Shown here one piece after another: positions 61,591 through 64,000 of a DNA stretch of 64,000 bases; the stretch's first letter is position 1; every line of letters starts with the position of its first letter. The stretch comes from Takakia lepidozioides (lineage: Eukaryota > Plantae > Bryophyta): positions 81,530,001 through 81,594,000 of the forward strand of contig CM060731.1 of assembly GCA_030704615.1 (NCBI GenBank), in the 5' to 3' direction. The translations under genes were made by a program, and so were the position numbers. Under the pieces are notes generated by a model. The model saw only the letters and a list, made by a program, of their open reading frames with translations, was not told the DNA's origin and made no database searches.

Positions 61591-64000
61591 CCCCTCCTCA
61601 AGGGGCCTGAATTGTGGGCTGTCGCTCCCAGGTTTCCCTTAAAAAAACAAAAAAACAAAAAAAAAGAAGAAAAATATCTCTTCCCTCGAGAGTCACGCGG
61701 AAAAGTAGGCTAAAATAACCCCCGAGGGAAAGACGGGTAGCGGGAGGGGCCGGCCCTGCGCTAGAACGGGCCGCCCGCCGCCGCCGCACGGGGGGGAACT
61801 GGTACCTCGTTCTACGGCGGCTGTGGGGGTATCGATGAATGTCATCCACGTATTTCGCTGAACGTGGGCCCGGTGGCATGGAATGTCGGCGTAGTGATTA
61901 TGGATCGCGTCCGTTACGCCGGCAGTGCGGCCACGTCGCCGTCGGGACAGCGACGAGTGTGCTCATTCATAAGCGCTTCCCATTCCAGACTCGACGGAAG
62001 AATACGAGAATCTGTGGTGCATCTTAGAATATTCTATCTGCAAGGAATGTAAACGGTGGCGGAGGGGCTATTCCCAGGCCCGAGTGTGGTGGGTAGAAGC
62101 GGCCCGCGTTATTCCTTGTTTATTTGTTACGTGGGAGTTGATGATGAGGTATAAGGGTATGCGGGAGTGTTGTTGTAAAGGAGAAGGGTGAGGTCTGATC
62201 ATGGGTTTGCCGTGAGCTCACACCAAAAGCCCACTTGTGAGTTGTCTGCACAGGTGAACTACCTGTGGACATGCCTCTCACATGCTGTCTACAAGCGACT
62301 CTGTAAAGGCATGTAGGAGTTGAATGCGTCGTTTTGTGATTGGAAAAGCTGGCATATGAGGGATGACAGTGAGTGGGAGATAGATCGTGAATTTGTACAT
62401 ATGGACCTGTAGTATATAGAGCTTGAGAGGTAGATAATTGAATGCAAACCGTGCCCTCGAAATGTTCGAAAGAGTTAACATTCACTCGACAAATAGGTGG
62501 AATAGCCAAGTTTCTTTCCACAAAATTGTATGCTAAGCTAAAGCTCCAGTGTAGATTGAAATCTTATCGGTGGGGTGTAGGTGTTATATTGCTGCATAAC
62601 GGGGAGCTCCCACCTCGTCGGTAAAAACACATGAAAGCAGTCACAGAGGCACTGAAGACATGTCTCTGAAGGTGCGAAATCCTTGGTTAGGATTGGAGGT
62701 TTTTGTCACTGGCCTGTATCTCTGTCTAAATAGCTCTGCTATTCGCTCGCTCTCCGTAGGATTTACAGGGGTACACAATCTTCAACATTGACGACATGAT
62801 GACCATGGAAAGGGCGGGACGAAGCTTGACCCAAAAAGCTTGATCATATAAGGATTGGCTACTAGAGATAGTTTGAGAGGCTGGCTGAGGGAAATCGAAG
62901 GGCATTGTCATTGAGAAGAATATGGTCTACCAGCTAATTACCGCTACATTGTGATCTACACTGAAATTTCAGTAAGCGTGGCGACTATTGTTTGGTGTGC
63001 CGATGGTACATGTAGACGCCCAGAATCGATTGTTGGGTCTGTCTAACGGGATTCGAGTATAATTTGAGCTCTTTCTTGCTGGCTCACCACATTCTAGATT
63101 GCTTTGCTTCGGGTTTACAATGGGCTTGTAGATCAGAAACAGGTCAAAAACCTTCTCCATTCCGTATTGAAGAAGCTTATTCGGTCCCCACTTGGGGCAG
63201 CTTTGACCAAGCCAGATCTCTCAATGGTTAATTACATACTGAGTTTTGGTTCAACTGCCTGAAAGTGCAAATCATACATGTACAAGTTTTCTTTCTCGAA
63301 GGCTCCTCTGCCAACCTGATACTTGTAGCTACCAAAAACTTGTCTCATCCCATTCCATTGGGAGCCCACCATTGGCTGCCCATGCACTCAAGTGATTTGT
63401 TCATTATCCATTCCCAATTAATTATTACTATGGACTGAGGGGGCTTATGCATCTGTTCTATTAATTAATATAACTATGGTTCATGTTTGCGTCTTTTCTT
63501 TGGCCCACTAAAGTAGGTATTAACTAGTAAGTAATAAGAGGTAGGGGAAGAGAGCGCTCTTCTCCTTTATATAGCCATTGATTGGCCCTTATTTATCTAA
63601 GGGGGCCTACTTGCACAGCCCACCAAAGTAGCCCACCAAAGTGAGGTGGAGGTGAAAGAAACCTTGTAAAATGGAGCCCCTACCCTCCTTATATAGTGTC
63701 TCATGGAAGGGGCCCACGGCCTCATCTGCTTTTTGAAAGGGCCACCCTCCTACTTCTATGCTAGCATGTACACGTGGCATCTCACTTCACCCATTCCAAC
63801 ATAGGTGCCCTCCCTCCCCATTGGTTGCTCCAATCCTCTCCCTTTTTTGACCTTCAAGGAATAGCCTTGCCAGAATTTGGGACCCTTACCCTCTCAGCCT
63901 CACCCAGTCGGGCGGTCATGGACCTTTCTAGCCGGCTGCCCCACACATGTCACCCCTACAAACCAAATTTGGCACCTCAACCATCCTCCATTCCTTCCTA

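Noticed and set aside
62100-64000. Short ORFs and low-complexity repeats at the window end
   Set aside because: No supportable motif.

Overview
This is a eukaryotic, transposon-dense window. It is probably from a non-seed land plant (inferred from plant-type RPL22/RPL28/GC2/RH38 sequences, a PPR E/E+ fragment and a chromovirus). Its core is a three-level nest of decayed elements. (1) A large Mutator(MULE)-like DNA element (~12.9-50.9 kb) has a DDE+SWIM transposase gene on the minus strand. Facing away from it is a spliced gene with a ParB/Srx-like N-terminal domain and a beta-class N6-adenine/N4-cytosine DNA methyltransferase-like C-terminus; arrays of a GGCGCC-centred palindrome lie between the two genes. 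(2) Two copies of an unusual Ty3/gypsy-like retroelement sit inside that transposase gene: 13800-21206 minus (TSD AACT) and 22133-39919 plus (TSD TCGG/TCGA). Removing both restores the transposase reading frame at each junction. This family does not have ordinary paired LTRs. Its termini are permuted, B...A-B-A, and its integrated ends match an internal palindrome GACA-GC-TGTC. It has a self-complementary primer site instead of a tRNA PBS, a DNMT3-like C5 cytosine methyltransferase between gag and RT, a PHD finger on the integrase, and a copy-specific 5' region of captured host-gene fragments. (3) A conventional chromovirus (24328-31237, TSD CAGAC) sits in the second copy. The flanks hold LINE remnants, tandem repeats, a hAT-like element, an RPL22 pseudogene, one probable host gene and a tRNA-derived SINE. 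All calls come from reading motifs by eye; no database searches were run.
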